64,000 nucleotides of DNA, taken from assembly GCA_963828525.1 (NCBI GenBank), contig CAWHEP010000010.1, forward strand, positions 160,001 through 224,000, in the 5' to 3' direction. This DNA comes from an uncultured Verrucomicrobiae bacterium. GTDB lineage: Bacteria > Verrucomicrobiota > Verrucomicrobiia > Chthoniobacterales > Chthoniobacteraceae. Both the position numbers and the translations under genes were made by a program. Of the stretch, positions 63,990 through 64,000 are shown piece after piece. The notes under the pieces were generated by a model. It saw only the letters and a program-made list of their open reading frames with translations. It was not told the origin of the DNA and made no database searches. How positions within the stretch are numbered: the first letter of the stretch is position 1; every line of letters begins with the position of its first letter.

Positions 63990-64000
63990 ATGCCCGCTGA
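63990..64000 (+). CDS. Start of next gene (DrmB/DUF1998 expected from synteny only)
   Basis: ATG 3 nt after drmA stop; only three codons visible. Confidence 0.25.

Overview
GC-rich bacterial chromosomal segment. Gene content and protein styles suggest Verrucomicrobiota/PVC (inference). Bases 1 to ~51.9 kb are mostly core genome: a beta-oxidation operon, two-component systems, a decayed amtB with glnK, yebC, surA-like and pdxA, dksA-rpmG-rpsR-xerD, alr, glycosyltransferases, an ECF sigma/anti-sigma pair, rnc, sugar isomerase/kinase, glgC, glmS, nagAB, arfB and purC. From ~52 kb to the end is a defence island with a collapsed type I-G-like CRISPR locus (two identical 36-bp repeats, one spacer, intact cas2, an in-frame HIT::cas1 deletion chimera). 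Divergent from it is a DISARM class II-like operon (C5 methyltransferase with an unexplained ~150-aa extension, drmE, an extra NERD nuclease-SF1 helicase, drmA, then a gene start at the edge). Other signals: a 102-aa Trp-rich C-terminal domain shared by two unrelated secreted beta-propeller proteins; a 42-bp near-perfect palindrome directly before an AAA+/wHTH/PD-(D/E)xK gene; a DnaA-box cluster around an AT-rich stretch after rnc; GTAG-type REP elements. About 15 small frameshifts split genes and many are probably long-read indel errors. All calls come from motif recognition, with no database search.
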